Assembly (NCBI GenBank): GCA_001244265.2 | Contig: CDLV01000008.1 | Coordinates: 1,364,001 to 1,428,000, forward strand | Length of the DNA stretch: 64,000 nt | Direction: 5' to 3' | Origin: Microbotryum violaceum | Taxonomy: Eukaryota | In this document: piece after piece, positions 39,356 to 52,528 of the stretch | How the letters are laid out: every line of letters starts with the position of its first letter | Numbering within the stretch: the stretch's first letter is position 1 | Translations under genes and position numbers: made by a program | Notes under the pieces: generated by a model | Database searches by the model: none | What the model saw: the letters and a program-made list of their open reading frames with translations, nothing else | Told to the model about the DNA's origin: nothing

Positions 39356-42300
39356 TGATTAAGCACACCATCATCACCTGGAACGTGAGGAGGGGCATGG
39401 GGGTCCCGGAGAAACGACGTGACATTTACAACTACCTATCCCTTTTCAAAGCATCGGCCATTCTCATACAAGAGCACTTCATCAGACCGCACCTCTGGCA
39501 ACTCATCAAGGACGAGTACGAGGGCAAGCTCTTCATCAACCAACATTGTCTGACTCTAATTCCGGCTGACTCCCCCCTGATCGACGCCGAGCTCTTGCGC
39601 ACCCACTCGGCACTCGACGGCCGGCTCCTCGTCACGTCCTTTCGTCTGCGGGGCGACATCAAAATTCTAGAAATCAACAACGTTTACGCGCCCGTTGACC
39701 CAAAGCAACGAGCGAAATTCTTTGACAAACTCTTATTTCACAAAACACAGAAATCCCACCTCCGACTCCTTGGCGGTGATCTCAACGACTGCCCGCGCCC
39801 AGAAGTCGATCGGCGGAACCAAAGTCGGCGCGGCCACCACTGGCCAATCCTGATCGGCAAGCTCGACTCGGCCTACACGGACTGCATCCGCTACAAACAC
39901 CCCATCACCCCATCCTTCACTCGACCTAATCCCAATCGCAAGCGACCCAACTCCTTCTCCCGGCTTGACTACTTTCTCCTGCAACGGACACACCAAAAAA
40001 GACTCGATCAGGCCTCGACGATCTACGACTATCCCAAGGAGCTTTCCGATCACCGACCGGTCTTGATTGTGCTGGCTCTCTCAGACGATCCTGATGCGAC
40101 CCTCCCACAGCTCAGCCTACCTACCACATCAAACCAACTACATCGAATCAACACCACAACCTTTAAGACGGTGGAATTCCAGCGGATGATGGAAGGATGG
40201 TTGGAAGGGGCAAGCGGGGAGGAACCGGTGGGGGAGCTCGAGGTCATTCTGAAGGCGTGCAGGGATAGGGGTGGGGAGATGGCGAGGAGGTTGCATCGGG
40301 AGCGGACGGAACGGATGGAGTATTTGGTGGGGAGGGTGCAGGATCTGGAGGCGATACCGGAATGGGGGGAGGCGGAAACGGCAGAATGGACAAGGACGTC
40401 CGAGGAACTCAAGCGGGCGGTCGAGGAGCGCGCGCGCCTACTCCGGATCCGAGCCCACGTACCCGAGATCGCCTCCGAGGAACGACTGTCGCGGCCGGTC
40501 CACGCCAAGCTCGCGGCGCGGAACTCGGACTCCAAGATCACAGCACTGCGCTTGAGCAACGGAGAGCTAACGCATGACATTGATGTCGCTCTTGACCACA
40601 CGCAGGCGCATTTCCAGCGCCTCTACCACATCGAGCCTCGTGACCCGGACCGCGTCGACCGACTTCGGGACGATTTCCTCGCGCCGATCAGGGCGGCGCG
40701 GACTTGCGACGACCCGCGCTCGGATCCTCTCTTTCTGCGCCGACTCTCGGAATCACAGAACGACTTACTCCAGCGACCAATCACCGAGGACGAGGTCGTG
40801 GCCGCGATCGGGACGACGCACCCGGGGCGATCGCCGGGACCGTCGGGCGTGCCCTACGAACTCTACCAGACCGCACCCAAGGCGTGGGCCAAGGTGCTGA
40901 CCAAGGCCTACAACGTGATGATAGAGCGAGGCTCACTCTCTCCCAAGCAGGGCCAAGGACTCGTGCGCCTCATCTTCAAGCGACACAAGAAGAATGCTGA
41001 TCGCGCCGAACTTTCGGCGTACCGGCCGATCACCCTGCGCGAGTGCGATTACAAGATCTTTACCAAGGTCTATGTCGCCCGTTTGAACCAAATTCTACCG
41101 GATCTCCTCCCGCCGCAGCAGCACGGATTCGTCAAGGACCGCCGATCGGCTGACGCTGCACTACACCTTCGTCTCCTGATCGAGGAAGTTGGCGCGCGCA
41201 GGACCGAGTTCCCCGCGGCCGCACTCTTATCTCTTGACCAATCGTCCGCCTACGACCTCGTCGAGCATGACTGGATCTTTGCCATCTTTGACGCTCTGGG
41301 CGCTCCTGCCACCTTTCTTCGCGTGCTGAGGATGCTCTACTCGGGTGACTCGACCTCGGCCCGCTACATCATCAATGGGTTCTTGACGGCGCCGGTACGA
41401 CTGACGTGTGGGCTCGGCCAAGGGGACCCGGCGTCGTCGTCGGTCTGGGACATCGTGTTTCAGCCGTTTCTGGATGCTCTACACCGTCGAAACATCGCGC
41501 TGAATCTCTCCATACCTGCACTTCATCCGTACCCACAGAGCCGCGCCATTACATCGCTTGCTTTTGCCGATGACGTTGTCGTCGCCGTCGCGGGCTTGGG
41601 GTCACTCAACTTGCTCGATGACCTGGCGCTCGACTGGAGGCATGCAACGAATGGCCGGCTCAACACGGACAAGACGGTCGTCCTACCGATCGGACGCCGC
41701 TGGGACCCGGGGCAACGCCCGCTCGTCGTCAAGGCCGCAGGCGAGTCGCTCGAGTGGATCGGCCTCCCTTCGACCCGAGCGGCGACACCGAACTCGCCTA
41801 CGCGAATCTCATCGAACGCCTCGAGGCGACGCTGGAAGGGGTTCAGCATCGCTGGCTCACACACCACACCCGTGCCTTTTACGTCAATCGGTACGCCATC
41901 CCCAAGATCCTGCACTTCCTTGCAGCCGACATCCCGCCGCCCGAAGTCGTCAAGAAGCTCGATGACATGCTCGTCGATTTCGTCCGTGGGGGCAAGGGCA
42001 GGACCAGCTACGGCAGAGATATCGTGTTCACAGCCAAGCTCAAGGGGGACTCGGGGTGATCAGGATGCAGGACGTCGTGGACGCGGTTGCGGCACGGATC
42101 TGGGACGTTCTTCTCGGCGGTTCGGGCGCGATCTGGCAAGGACTTGCGCGCGTGGCACTCCAGCGAGCTCAGTCCGACCTCGACCTGGCCACCGATCTCT
42201 GGCCACATCCATCCACTCCCATCCCCAGCGACCTCCATCCCCGATGGCGAGCAGCATTGGGGGTTCCGAAACAGCAAGACGCGCAGGTCAACCCGAGGAC

Positions 42301-43372
42301 CTTGACCACCGCGAACCTGCTCGCGCTTCCCACCTTGCTCGGCAGCCTCCACACCCCCATCAGAGGGAGACAGACCATCGACGCGGTTCATATACCTGAC
42401 TACCTTCGTCTCCAGGGCTACCCGAAGGTGGCGGATCTCTACCGGCGCGAGTTGTATGCGGGTGGGGGGTTTCACCTTTGGACGCCGCCGGCGGATGTGC
42501 TCGGCGACAACAGCGAGTACGATCGACGCGGGCTCCCGCAGCGACTGGCAATCGCGGCCTGGTACCGGTTTACTGTCGATCGACACAAGAACACGCCCTT
42601 GGCGGTGGCGGTGGCGGCAGGACGGCTCAACGTGCCTCCCCGGATCGGCACCAGCGCACCGCTCGAGGCGATTCTCCCCAAGCCCGTGGCCCGCTTCGCA
42701 ATGGAGCAGCGCCTTCCGGACCCGGTGCTTCCACAGCAGGCGAGCCAGTACAAGCTGCTGAACATGGCTCGACCGTACACCATCCGTCGCATCCGCCGGG
42801 TCCTGAACGCGAAGGCCTTTACCAACACGCTCGGGCTCAAGGGACCACCGCAGCCGGACGACCTCAGGAGCTTTTGGAAGGCGGTCAACTCGAAGGCACT
42901 GACGGCGAGGGAGAGGGAAGTTTGGTTCAAGCTGATTCTCCGCTTCACCCCGACGCGCAAGCTGCAACACCAACAGAATCACGACACTTCTCCCGCGTGC
43001 CTCGTCTGCGAAGCGCCGGTGGACGACACCGACCACTACTTTTTCGACTGCGTTGACTCTGGGAACGTTTGGATCGCGGCAAGGAGCGTGCTCTGCGACG
43101 CACTGGGGCTCGACACGATCGACAACACGCATTACACGGCTGTTCAACGCATGTTCGGACTTCCGAAGCTCAAGGCCAGTCTACGCGATCAAGAAGGAGC
43201 GGGGAGGACGATCGAAATATTCACCGGGCTGGTCTTGGAGATGATCAGCAGCGGGAGGTGGGGGATGCAGAAGTGGGGGACGAAGATGGAGGGTGTTGTG
43301 AGGAGGAGGATCATCTTGGAGGAGAGGTTGAAGCTGAGGGCGGGAGGAGCTTGGGGGAGGAGAGGGCAGTAG
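39355..43372 (+). CDS. Family C ORF2 (EN-RT-CCHC); two apparent homopolymer frameshifts near 41768 and 42050, possibly sequencing errors
   Basis: TWNVR, IQEH, GDLN, RLDY, SDH, GLGQGDP, FADD, CLVC...HYFFDC; strong similarity to family A ORF2. Confidence 0.88.
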
Positions 43373-44032
43373 AGGCTGGGTTCGACTTTCCCCCCACCAC
43401 CACCACACACACACACCAAATTCTCGTGACATCATTTTCTCCTACTGTACACTAAATAGATCGCTTTCATCTTTCATTTGTTACAGGTTCACCGTTGCGG
43501 ATCATGGACCATCTCGCGATTTGGCGTCGACTCGGTGTGGCTCGCGCTCTTCGGCTTCGGGGTTCTGAGTCAAGGGAGGGATCAGCGGACACAGGCAGAA
43601 AGTCGGCTTTGAGGGGCCAGGGACTGCCGATGGGGGAGGTTTTGAGGGACCTTCACCGCGTCTTGTTGTGACTGAGCAGAGACTTGGAGCGTCGAGGGTC
43701 GTGGTGGTTGCGCAGTCGTGCTCTTGTCTTCGTCTCGACCGAGTGGGAAGTGGCTGTGGGGTGGGCCTTCTGTCGTTAGTACATTTCTTTTCTTTCTTTT
43801 TTTTCTCTTCATCTCTCTTTCTCTCTCTCATTAGTCTCCTGGGGGGGAGCAACCGCTTGGCTAGGGCATTTGAATCCGAATCTCGGATTGGTGGACTTGG
43901 CTCGTTTCTCGCACTTTTGCGGGCGGTTTGTGTTATCATCGTAGTCTTCCATCTAGTTTTTCCGTAGGCCAAAACAGGGGGAACAGGAACTGGGGCAATA
44001 TGATGAACGTTTTCTACAAAAAAAAATAAAAA

Positions 44033-45960
44033 TTGCCAGCCAACCCGAAGGATTGCAATATATGAGCCCCAGTCAAAAAAAAAAAAAAAAATCTGGTTGG
44101 TCATCGACGCGGGTTCTGGCAGCACTCTAAGGAACCCGCCCTACAGCACGAGCACGTGTGGTCGCGCGTGGGTCAGTTGCTCAAGGCGAAAGCCTTGCTG
44201 CCCAAGACCGCGTTGCGACCTGCTCGGATACCTCTCAAGGAGGCTCCCCGTCCTCGGTGCTTCAACTTCTTTGGGCTCACCCGACCGTTCACTATTCGCA
44301 AGCTTCGTCGGCTTGTGAACGTGGTTCGGTTCCCAGGGAGGGAGGATCGTGTCAAGCGTTTCCGTGATGGGTCTTCTCAGAGCGATAGGAAGCGCTTCTG
44401 GAGATGGCTTCATGACCGGTTCGCGTCTACTGTGGAGCAGGACACCCACTGGCGGCTCATGTACGACGTGACGCCGACGCGCAAGAGGCAGCATACTCAG
44501 GGTCATGCCTCTTCGCCGACGTGTCTGTTCTGCGGCAACGATGCAGCGGTCATCGAGACGGTGTCGCACTACTTCTTCGAGTGCGCGTACTCGACCAGCT
44601 TCTGGGGTGGGGTGCTTCGCATTCTGTTCGACAAGCTGGGCATCGAGGATACCGACGTCGATCCGTCGACGTTCACTCCGGAGCAGCTGACTATGGGGCT
44701 CCCCCTTTTGCGGGGTCGTGGGAGAACGACCTCGAGATGGATGTGGGTTCGGCTGGCCTGCGCGATCGGCTTCCAGCGGCTGCACCTGCTCCGCTGGCGC
44801 GTTCATCAGCGGTTCGAGCTGGACAAGGTCGTGGCCCCTCCCTCGCTCCCCAGTGCACTCAGAGCGTTCGAGCGAGATTTTCTCTCTCGAGCGGGTTTTG
44901 TGCCTGGGGCTCGAGATTGGGAGGTGTGATGACCGAGTTAAGTCCTTCCTTCCCATTTTCCTCCCCTCCTTTCCTCCCTTCTTTTTCGGAGGTCGACTCC
45001 TCTTTTGTGAGCTGACTGTCTTGGAACTTGTTGCGCAGTGGAAGGCTGCGCACCTCTCCCTCTCTCTCTCTACTTTGCGCAGTAGCGGTTTTCGTTCTTG
45101 GATGGATCGGCAAGCCAGTACGATCGTCTTTGCGTTGGAGGCTTTGTGAAGTCTTTCCCCCTCTCCTTTCCCCCCTTTTTCCCTTCCCTTCCTCTTCTCG
45201 TTCCTGTTGCTCGGTTGTTCATACGCTTCAGCCACTTCTCCTTTTACTCCTAAGCCGTGTGTTGGATTCCGTTGAATGGTTCGTTCGTTCGCGTTGGTCA
45301 AGATCTACGGCATGGCTCGGGAAGGAAGGTCGCTCGTTTCTGGTCAATATCCTCCCGTCAAGGCGAGGCTCGTTTCGTTGTACTGGATCGCTTTTCTCTC
45401 GGCCCCGACGGCTCAACAGCCAGCACTCGAGATTCAGCCAAGGGAGGACATCAGGCGCTGTCGGGGTGACGAGTAGCTGGGCCGCTGGGGCTTGGCTGCG
45501 GCCTGTTAGTCCCTGGGAATGAGGATTTCAGGGAAATCCCGGACTGGTAGATACGGAGAAAAAAAGAAAGTTTGGCTGAACTGAGATTCAAACTCAGGTC
45601 CACTCCATTAATCAGAGTTGCTCGGACCACTGAGCTACTCAACCAAGGGGAATAGAGCAAGGCAGCGGCGCACTCAAGTCGGCTCGGCTGGAAAGTCTCC
45701 CCCATAGTTTTGCTCCCGATCTTGGGTTGTGAAGCGGCAGCAGTACTCACCGCTCGTTGGAGTCCGCGTTAGGTGCTCGGCGGGTTTTGGTCTGCGCAGC
45801 ACTCGTTGCGCGCAGGGGTTTGATTTTCACCCAGCTGCTTGTCGTCGTTGCTTTATTACCTCTTTTAGCGCTGTTTGTAGCGATTCTAGCCAACCCGAAG
45901 GATCGTAATTTATGAGCCCAGTTAAACAAAAAAAAAAAAAAAAAAAAAGCTCTACAAAAG

Positions 45961-45994
<34 letters not shown>

Positions 45995-47363
45995 AATCGC
46001 AGCGTTCTCTGCGCGCAGGGGTTTGACTTTCACCCAACTGCTTGCCGTCGTTGCTTTATAACCTCCTTTAGCTCTTTTTGTAGCGGTCCCAGCCAACCCG
46101 AAGGATAGCAATTTATGAGCCCCAGTCAAAAACAAAAAAAAAGTCGCTCGGGCTCAAGGGACCACCGCAGCCGGACGATCTCAGGAGCTTCTGGAAGGCG
46201 GTCAACTCGAAGGCACTGACGGCGAGGGAGAGGGAAGTTTGGTTCAAGCTGATTCTCCGCTTCACCCCGACGCGCAAGCTGCAACACCAACAGAATCACG
46301 ACACTTCTCCCGCGTGCCTCGTCTGCGAAGCGCCGGTGGACGACACCGACCACTACTTTTTCGGCTGCTTTGACTCGCGGAACGTCTGGATCGCGGCAAG
46401 GGGCGTGCTCTGCGACGCACTCGGGTCCCAGTACACGACACTGCAACGGCTCTTTGGCCTCCCCAAGCTCAAGGCCAAGCTCAGCGAACAGGAAGGGGAA
46501 GGCAGGACGATCGAGATCTTCACGGGAATGGTTTTGGAGATGATCAGCAGTGGAAGATACAGGATGCAGAAGCACGGGAAGAGGAGAAGAGTGGTACTGG
46601 AGGAGCGGATGAAGTTGAGGGCAGGAGGAGCAAGGGGCGGGCGAGGGCAGTAGAGGCTGGGTTCGATTTCCCCCCACCATCCCACACCCACACACACCCC
46701 ACACACACACACCGAATCACACTCCCTCTTTCAAGAAGAAAAAAAAGAGAAAAAAAGAAATAAAACTGTATACTAAACATCTTGCTTTCATCTTTCATCT
46801 ATTACAGGTCTGCTTTCGTTGCTCATGGACCGGCTCGTGATTTGGGGTTGACTCGACGGTGGCTCGCGCTCTTTGGCTTCGGGGTTCGGAGTCAAGGGAG
46901 GGATCAGCAGACACAGGCAGAAAGTCGGCTTTGAGGGGCCAGGGACTGCTGAGGTGGAGGTTTTGAGGGGCCTCCACCGCGTCTTGTTGTGACCAAGCAT
47001 GGACTTGGGACTTCGCGGGTCAGGGTAGCTGCGCAGTCGCTCTCTTGTCTTTGTCTCGACCGAGTTGGAAAGTGACGGCGGGGTGGGTCTCTTGTCGTTA
47101 GTCAATTATTTTGTTACTCTTTCTCTTTCTCTCTCTCTCTTCTTCTCTCTCTCATTCGTCTCCTAGGGGGAGCAACCGCTTGGCTGGGGCACTTGAATCC
47201 CAAGTATCGGATTGGTGGACACCGGCCCGTTTCTCGCATCTTGCGGGCGGTTTGTGTTATCATCGTCGACTTCCATCTAGTTTTTTCCGTAGGCCAAATA
47301 GGGGGAACATGACTTGGGGGCAATATGATGAACAGTTTCTACCAAAAAAAAAGAAAAAAAAAA
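44033..47363 (+). mobile_element. Third copy of the composite unit: 42-nt B tag, truncated B (44092-45948), tag string (45949-46142), truncated C (46143-47363)
   Basis: Same breakpoints and tags as 16839-20167. Confidence 0.92.
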
Positions 47364-47933
47364 TCTACAAAAAAAAAAAATCTACAGCACGAGCACGTGT
47401 GGTCGCGCGTGGGTCAGTTGCTCAAGGCGAAAGCCTTGCTGCCCAAGACCGCGTTGCGACCTGCTCGGATACCTCTCAAGGAGGCTCCCCGTCCTCGGTG
47501 CTTCAACTTCTTTGGGCTCACCCGACCGTTCACTGTTCGCAAGCTTCGTCGGCTTGTGAACGTGGTTCGGTTCCCAGGAAGGGAGGATCGTGTCAAGCGT
47601 TTCCGTGATGGGACTCCTCAGAGCGATAGGAAGCGCTTCTGGAGATGGCTTCATGACCGGTTCGCGTCTGCTGTGGAGCAGGACACCCACTGGCGGCTCA
47701 TGTACGACGTGACGCCGACGCGCAAGAGGTAGCATACTCAGGGTCATGCCTCTTCGCCGACGTGTCTGTTCTGCGGCAACGATGCAGCGGTCATCGAGAC
47801 GGTGTCGCACTACTTCTTCGAGTGCGCGTACTCGACCAGCTTCTGGGTGGGGTGCTTCGCATTCTGTTCGACAAGCTGGGCATCGAGGATACCAACATCG
47901 ATCCGTCGACGTTCACTCCGGAGCAGCTGACTA
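47364..47933 (+). mobile_element. TCTAC-A12 tag followed by a family B fragment truncated at both ends; right border of the array
   Basis: 47381-47933 matches 35159-35711 including the TAG nonsense codon; similarity stops at GAGCAGCTGACTA. Confidence 0.88.
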
Positions 47934-48573
47934 AGACGTTGCGCAACATCTCGACGCGCTCCGTGCAGGGGACGACGTTCCGCGTCCTGCTCAAAAGGCG
48001 ATACCGAGACGACGCGTCCCTCAAGGTGCTCCACTCAAACGGCGGTGACGGGAGCGCTTGCGCAAGCGAGGTCGGCGCCGTCGGAGGTTACCCCGGTGCC
48101 GAAGCATTCTACCCCTGGGTGACGGTTGGAGGCTTCAAGGACTCGGCGGCGCAGGCGGCGAGGGGTGCTAAAGGTGGCGCCGCGGGGTCGCTAGCGGGTC
48201 GAGCGAAGAAGAGGGCGTTGATTCACCAGAACCCAGCCAAGTACCGCCTCATTGGCCAAAAGGCAAGTCTTGGAACAAATAAACTTCTGGCAACGTCACG
48301 ACCGTGGCACCCTAACCAACTCTGCACCCCAACTGACGCTCCCACCCGCCTGTCCTCCGCTGCCATGATCCTCTTACTGTCGCTTGCCCCCCCCCCCTGA
48401 CAACAGACCGTTGCGGTCGCCAACGACGTCAAACATCGCAAGCGGGTGCAGAAACTGTTGGACGGTACCTTCGAAGTGAGCTCGTTCTTCGCTTCTCGTC
48501 TGCCATCGGCGCTTGCAGACCACCACTGGATTCATCGACCGATTCTGACCTTTGCTTTGTCGCCCGGCCTCTG

Positions 48574-49372
48574 TTGTGCCAGGTCCAGTCGGTCCACCCG
48601 CGTGAGGCGCACGTCGTCGTCACGAAACGGCACAGACAAAGCAAGTATTTCAAGATGGTGAAACGAGATAAGAACGGGTTCTATAGCTTGAACGAATTCA
48701 AGGGCTTGGAGGGGCACCAGCTCAAAGCCTTGGTCAAGGTCGCCGTGCCCCAGCCTTTCGCGGCCGAGCCGAACTGGAATGCAACGCTGCGCGTCGTCGA
48801 CGCGACCACCGGCCACGCGGTCAAAGAGTGGGCCTTTGACCGGGACCACACACGCTACGCGGCGAGCAAGCCGGGACGCCAGAGTCCGTTTGGGCCAGAG
48901 CTCTCGGACACGACGCGCAATCACTTCAGCGACCTCGCCCAGGATATCGCCGGGTTTCTTCAGCTGACGACGGCAAGGGCGTTGCCGGGAGCGCGAGTGG
49001 CCGAGCTCCACGCCGGTGTGGAGTCGATCGAAATGGTTGACGAGGCGGACTCTGACGGCGACGACGACGAGTACCCAGTTGACGCCCCCGATGACCCTGT
49101 TACCGCCACACGGGTGGGGAAGGGTGGGCACGGGTCCCCCTCCAGCCCAAGTTCGGCCTCCCCTTCCACCGGCTGTCGACTGCCACCTGCTCGATTTGAC
49201 CCTCGACGTCGTCGATCAAGAGTACCTCGACCTTACCCTCGACGACGCGAACTCTGAAGCGAACTTCATCGACTTGACCCTCGACGCCCTTGAGCCCGCC
49301 CCCAAACGCGCTCGCCGCAATTTCAATGATGGTACTTTGAGGACCTGGCTAGAGAGCGCAGGGAGGGCATGA
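48574..49372 (+). CDS. Unknown protein, 3' part; structure uncertain, possibly degenerate
   Basis: Protein-like overlapping ORFs 48574-49257 and 49016-49372 ending in three (L/I)DLTLD motifs and PAPKRARR. Confidence 0.4.
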
Positions 49373-50189
49373 GATGGGAGGCTTGCTGGGGGGTACCATT
49401 TCATTTTGTTTCGCGTGTTCTGCCTAGTGTGAGATTCGTTTTTTTGGCCCTTGTAGCAATAGCAGCCCAAGCAACAGTAGTGCTTTCCGATCACAGACAC
49501 GGAGCTTGCAACCTTCGCTTGAATGGCAGAACGTATTGACGCATTGAAGGTGACGGGAGCCCGAGCAAAGTTCTGAGGCGACGGTCCAGGTTTTTCTTCG
49601 TTTCGTGTTTGTTCAGCAACCTGGGCCAGTACAATCTGACTGTGAAGAGACCGCAACCCACCAACGGGTCAAGGGTTTACGGCGCGGTGATCTGCCGCCG
49701 AATGCCACTAGGTCGGGCATCATGATGGTAAACGGCTCCAAGTTACAACAGGTGTCTAGGGCGCAGTGTCGACGCTCGTCAAGCGATCCGACTCTTTTGG
49801 TCACATTTGAGGTAGAAAAACTCAGCTGTATGCACATCACACAACTACCGAGCCTAACAGTGAGTACCTGGCAACCCACGCCGCTGCGTGCGCTGCGTGG
49901 GTTGCCGTGCGCGTACGACCGACCGCGTTTAATTTACCGGTAGCATCTCGAGATTGCACCGTCCAGGCAGCAAAGTTTACTCTGTCTTGTTTCCCACCTC
50001 ATCACGCCCGCCAAACCAGCATATTTTCTCGTGTCGACCGGAATGAAGCATCAAGTCCCCCAGGTCAGCCAGTCCGTAGACTACTACTGCCCAAGACCAC
50101 GGTCCTTTCTCATTTCCGAGCTACATGAATTACAACATGTCGTCACCCGACACCAGAGTACAGCACAAATTAAAAATGGGAGACTGATC

Positions 50190-51967
50190 TCACCTGGCAC
50201 CCGCCAGCCGCTTGTAATTCTTGGGCCCATGCTCCGTTGTTCCTGTCGCAAAGTCGGGGAGATACTTGTCCGAGGAGAGTTTGGAAAGCTGCGGCTTGCT
50301 GCCGCACCGTCCAGAGGCGTGCCTGTGATTTGACCGCGCATCGGTCATCGTCGGCATGGGGACGGTGCCTCGGGGTGGTCGAGCCGACGCCGCGAGCGGG
50401 GGATGCTTCGACGACGAGAGGTGGCGCGGAGAGGGTAGGCCGTATAGGTCCTCGTCGTCGTCGCTATCGGTGATCTCGATCACTTCCGTGCGCAATCCCG
50501 GTGCTGCCGCCGCTAATGTCGTCAGACGCTGCCGTTTGCGCGGCGAGGGGCTCGGCGTCGCGCGGTTAGCATTCGAAGCAAAGCTGCTGCTCGTCATCAC
50601 CGTGTTTTTGATCCTGAAAGTAAGGCCTGTGTCGGCCGTCGTCGAAGGTGACAGTGCTCTCGCCGCGCCACAGGCTGCAGCAGGACTGCGTGGGACCGGA
50701 ACGACGGGGCAGTATTCGTATTCGTCGTCCGAGATGGCGGCCTTGGGTCGACGCCGCTTGAGCTCCTCGTACTTGTGGCGCGTCCTAGCCTGTTTGGACT
50801 CCCAGCTCTTGAGCGCCGCCTCGAGGCGCTGCACTTGACCTTTGAGCTTGCCGACTTGTTCTTGCGCGCACGTCTGGGCCTGGGCGGCCAGCGCGGCCTT
50901 TTCGTCGGCCTTGTCAATGGCTTTCGTCGTCGCGCGTTGGCACTCCGCAACGCGCTCGTCGGCTTGGTGTTGGATCCGATCCTGCGCGAGTTGCATTCTG
51001 TGCGAAGGGACCCAGACCGCGATCGATCGCCAGCCCAGCAAGAAGGTCAGCGGGGGCTGTCACACCTCAAGCTCGGTGAAAAGTGCGGGGACTCACGCAA
51101 AGAGCGCCTTGTCGTGGCCGTCGATCTGTTCGCGCAGGCTTTGGATGGTCTTTTCGCCCTCCTCGCCTCGCATCGCCAGCGTCGCCTTGAGGCGCGCGAC
51201 TTCCTCTCGGTGCTTGATCTTGGCCTCGTGCGCTTCCGACTCGACTTCGCGCAGCTGGGCCTCCAGCTTGGTGGCTTCGGCGCGCTTGGTCGAGAGTTCG
51301 TCGAAGGCGACCTCGATGACCCCGGTGAGCTCGTCGACGCGTACCTCGAGCTCCATAATGCGCTGGTGCGCACCGGGCTGCCCGCACTCGTACTGGACAA
51401 GCTCTTCCATGCGCCGGCCGAGCTCGCCCTCGAGATCGTCGATGACGCTCTCCTTGGCCTGGCACGTTTCCTCGAGCTCCTCGAGTCGCAGGGCCTGTTC
51501 TCGCGTGAGCTCGCGCAGGGGTCCAAGTTCCCGCACGGTCGCTTGCGTTTCTCGGAGCTCGCGTCGGAGCCGGTCGACTTCTTGCTCGGAACGTGCGCGT
51601 CGAGCCAGTCTGGTTGCAGGCGTTTCCCCTGTCAACACATTCTCCCGTTCGTCGTCAACGTCGTTCTCCTCGTCGTCGGTTTCGTGATCCACGCGCGCGG
51701 CTGCAACTTCTCGGCGCACCGATGCGGCCTGCGAGGCTCCGACCAGCTGGGATTGCACACCATCGCTTGTGACATCGGCTTCAAAGTAGAGGCGGACCAA
51801 CGGGTACGGGGTGCGGCGATGACTGCGGTCGGTGCTGCGCATCGAGACGTGGCGCGAAGGGCAGTGGAGCGGACAGATCGCTTCGGCGCGGTTGTGGCTT
51901 CGAATCCACTTCTTGATGCATTTCTGTTGGTCGTAAAGCCGTAAAGGCGGGTCGTGGGAAGAATCAT
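50190..51967 (-). CDS. Hypothetical spliced coiled-coil protein (ends approximate)
   Basis: Long E/R/K/L-rich heptad ORFs joined by a GTGAGT...CAG intron at 51096-50998; C-terminal EVIEITDSDDDED. Confidence 0.6.
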
Positions 51968-52528
51968 GGTCAGATGGGCTCGGTTACGGAGTATCTTTTG
52001 TCACCCAGAAGGGCCAAGGACATGATTTACGGTGTGGTAGACGTGTCCGCATGACGTCAAAGCAGACCACTCTGAGCTGTGCGCGTCGTCACCATCCTCG
52101 GGCGAGACGGTGGATTGGCAGAAGCATTCGAGCTGGCCCCGAGCCATCTATCGGGGAGCGAAGCCGTAGGAAGTAACTGAGCGCCGAGTGAGGGCGGGGG
52201 CGAGAGAATGCAAGCGACGGAATGGACAGACGCCTTCTCGGAGAGGAGCGCGGGGAGGGGCGGCCCCGTAAATCGTAAATTATGTTTGGGTGCAATTGTA
52301 AATGACTTGATGACGCGTCGAGAGCGCGTTCGAGCTTCGCTGACCCGCGCGCGTGGGAAGAAAGCACGTGAGCAAACGGCGCCTTCTTCTCAGTCGAGAC
52401 TTATCTGGGTAGCCTGCCAAGCAGCCTGTGTCGACCCACTCCCAATACTCGCCACCCTATCCTTCCAAAGGACGGCGCCAGTGGACATTGGGAGCCTTGG
52501 TCCATCACAGCTTGCCCGTCGAGGGAGG

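Larger units (their letters stand above)
36921..44032 (+). mobile_element. LINE family C, apparently full-length
   Basis: (CACTT)n 5' end, ORF1, ORF2, 3' UTR, TTCTAC-A tail. Confidence 0.93.

Noticed and set aside
52051-52330. CRE-like TGACGTCA and MCB-like ACGCGT motifs upstream of MUS81
   Set aside because: Short CG-rich motifs are frequent by chance here; no supporting evidence
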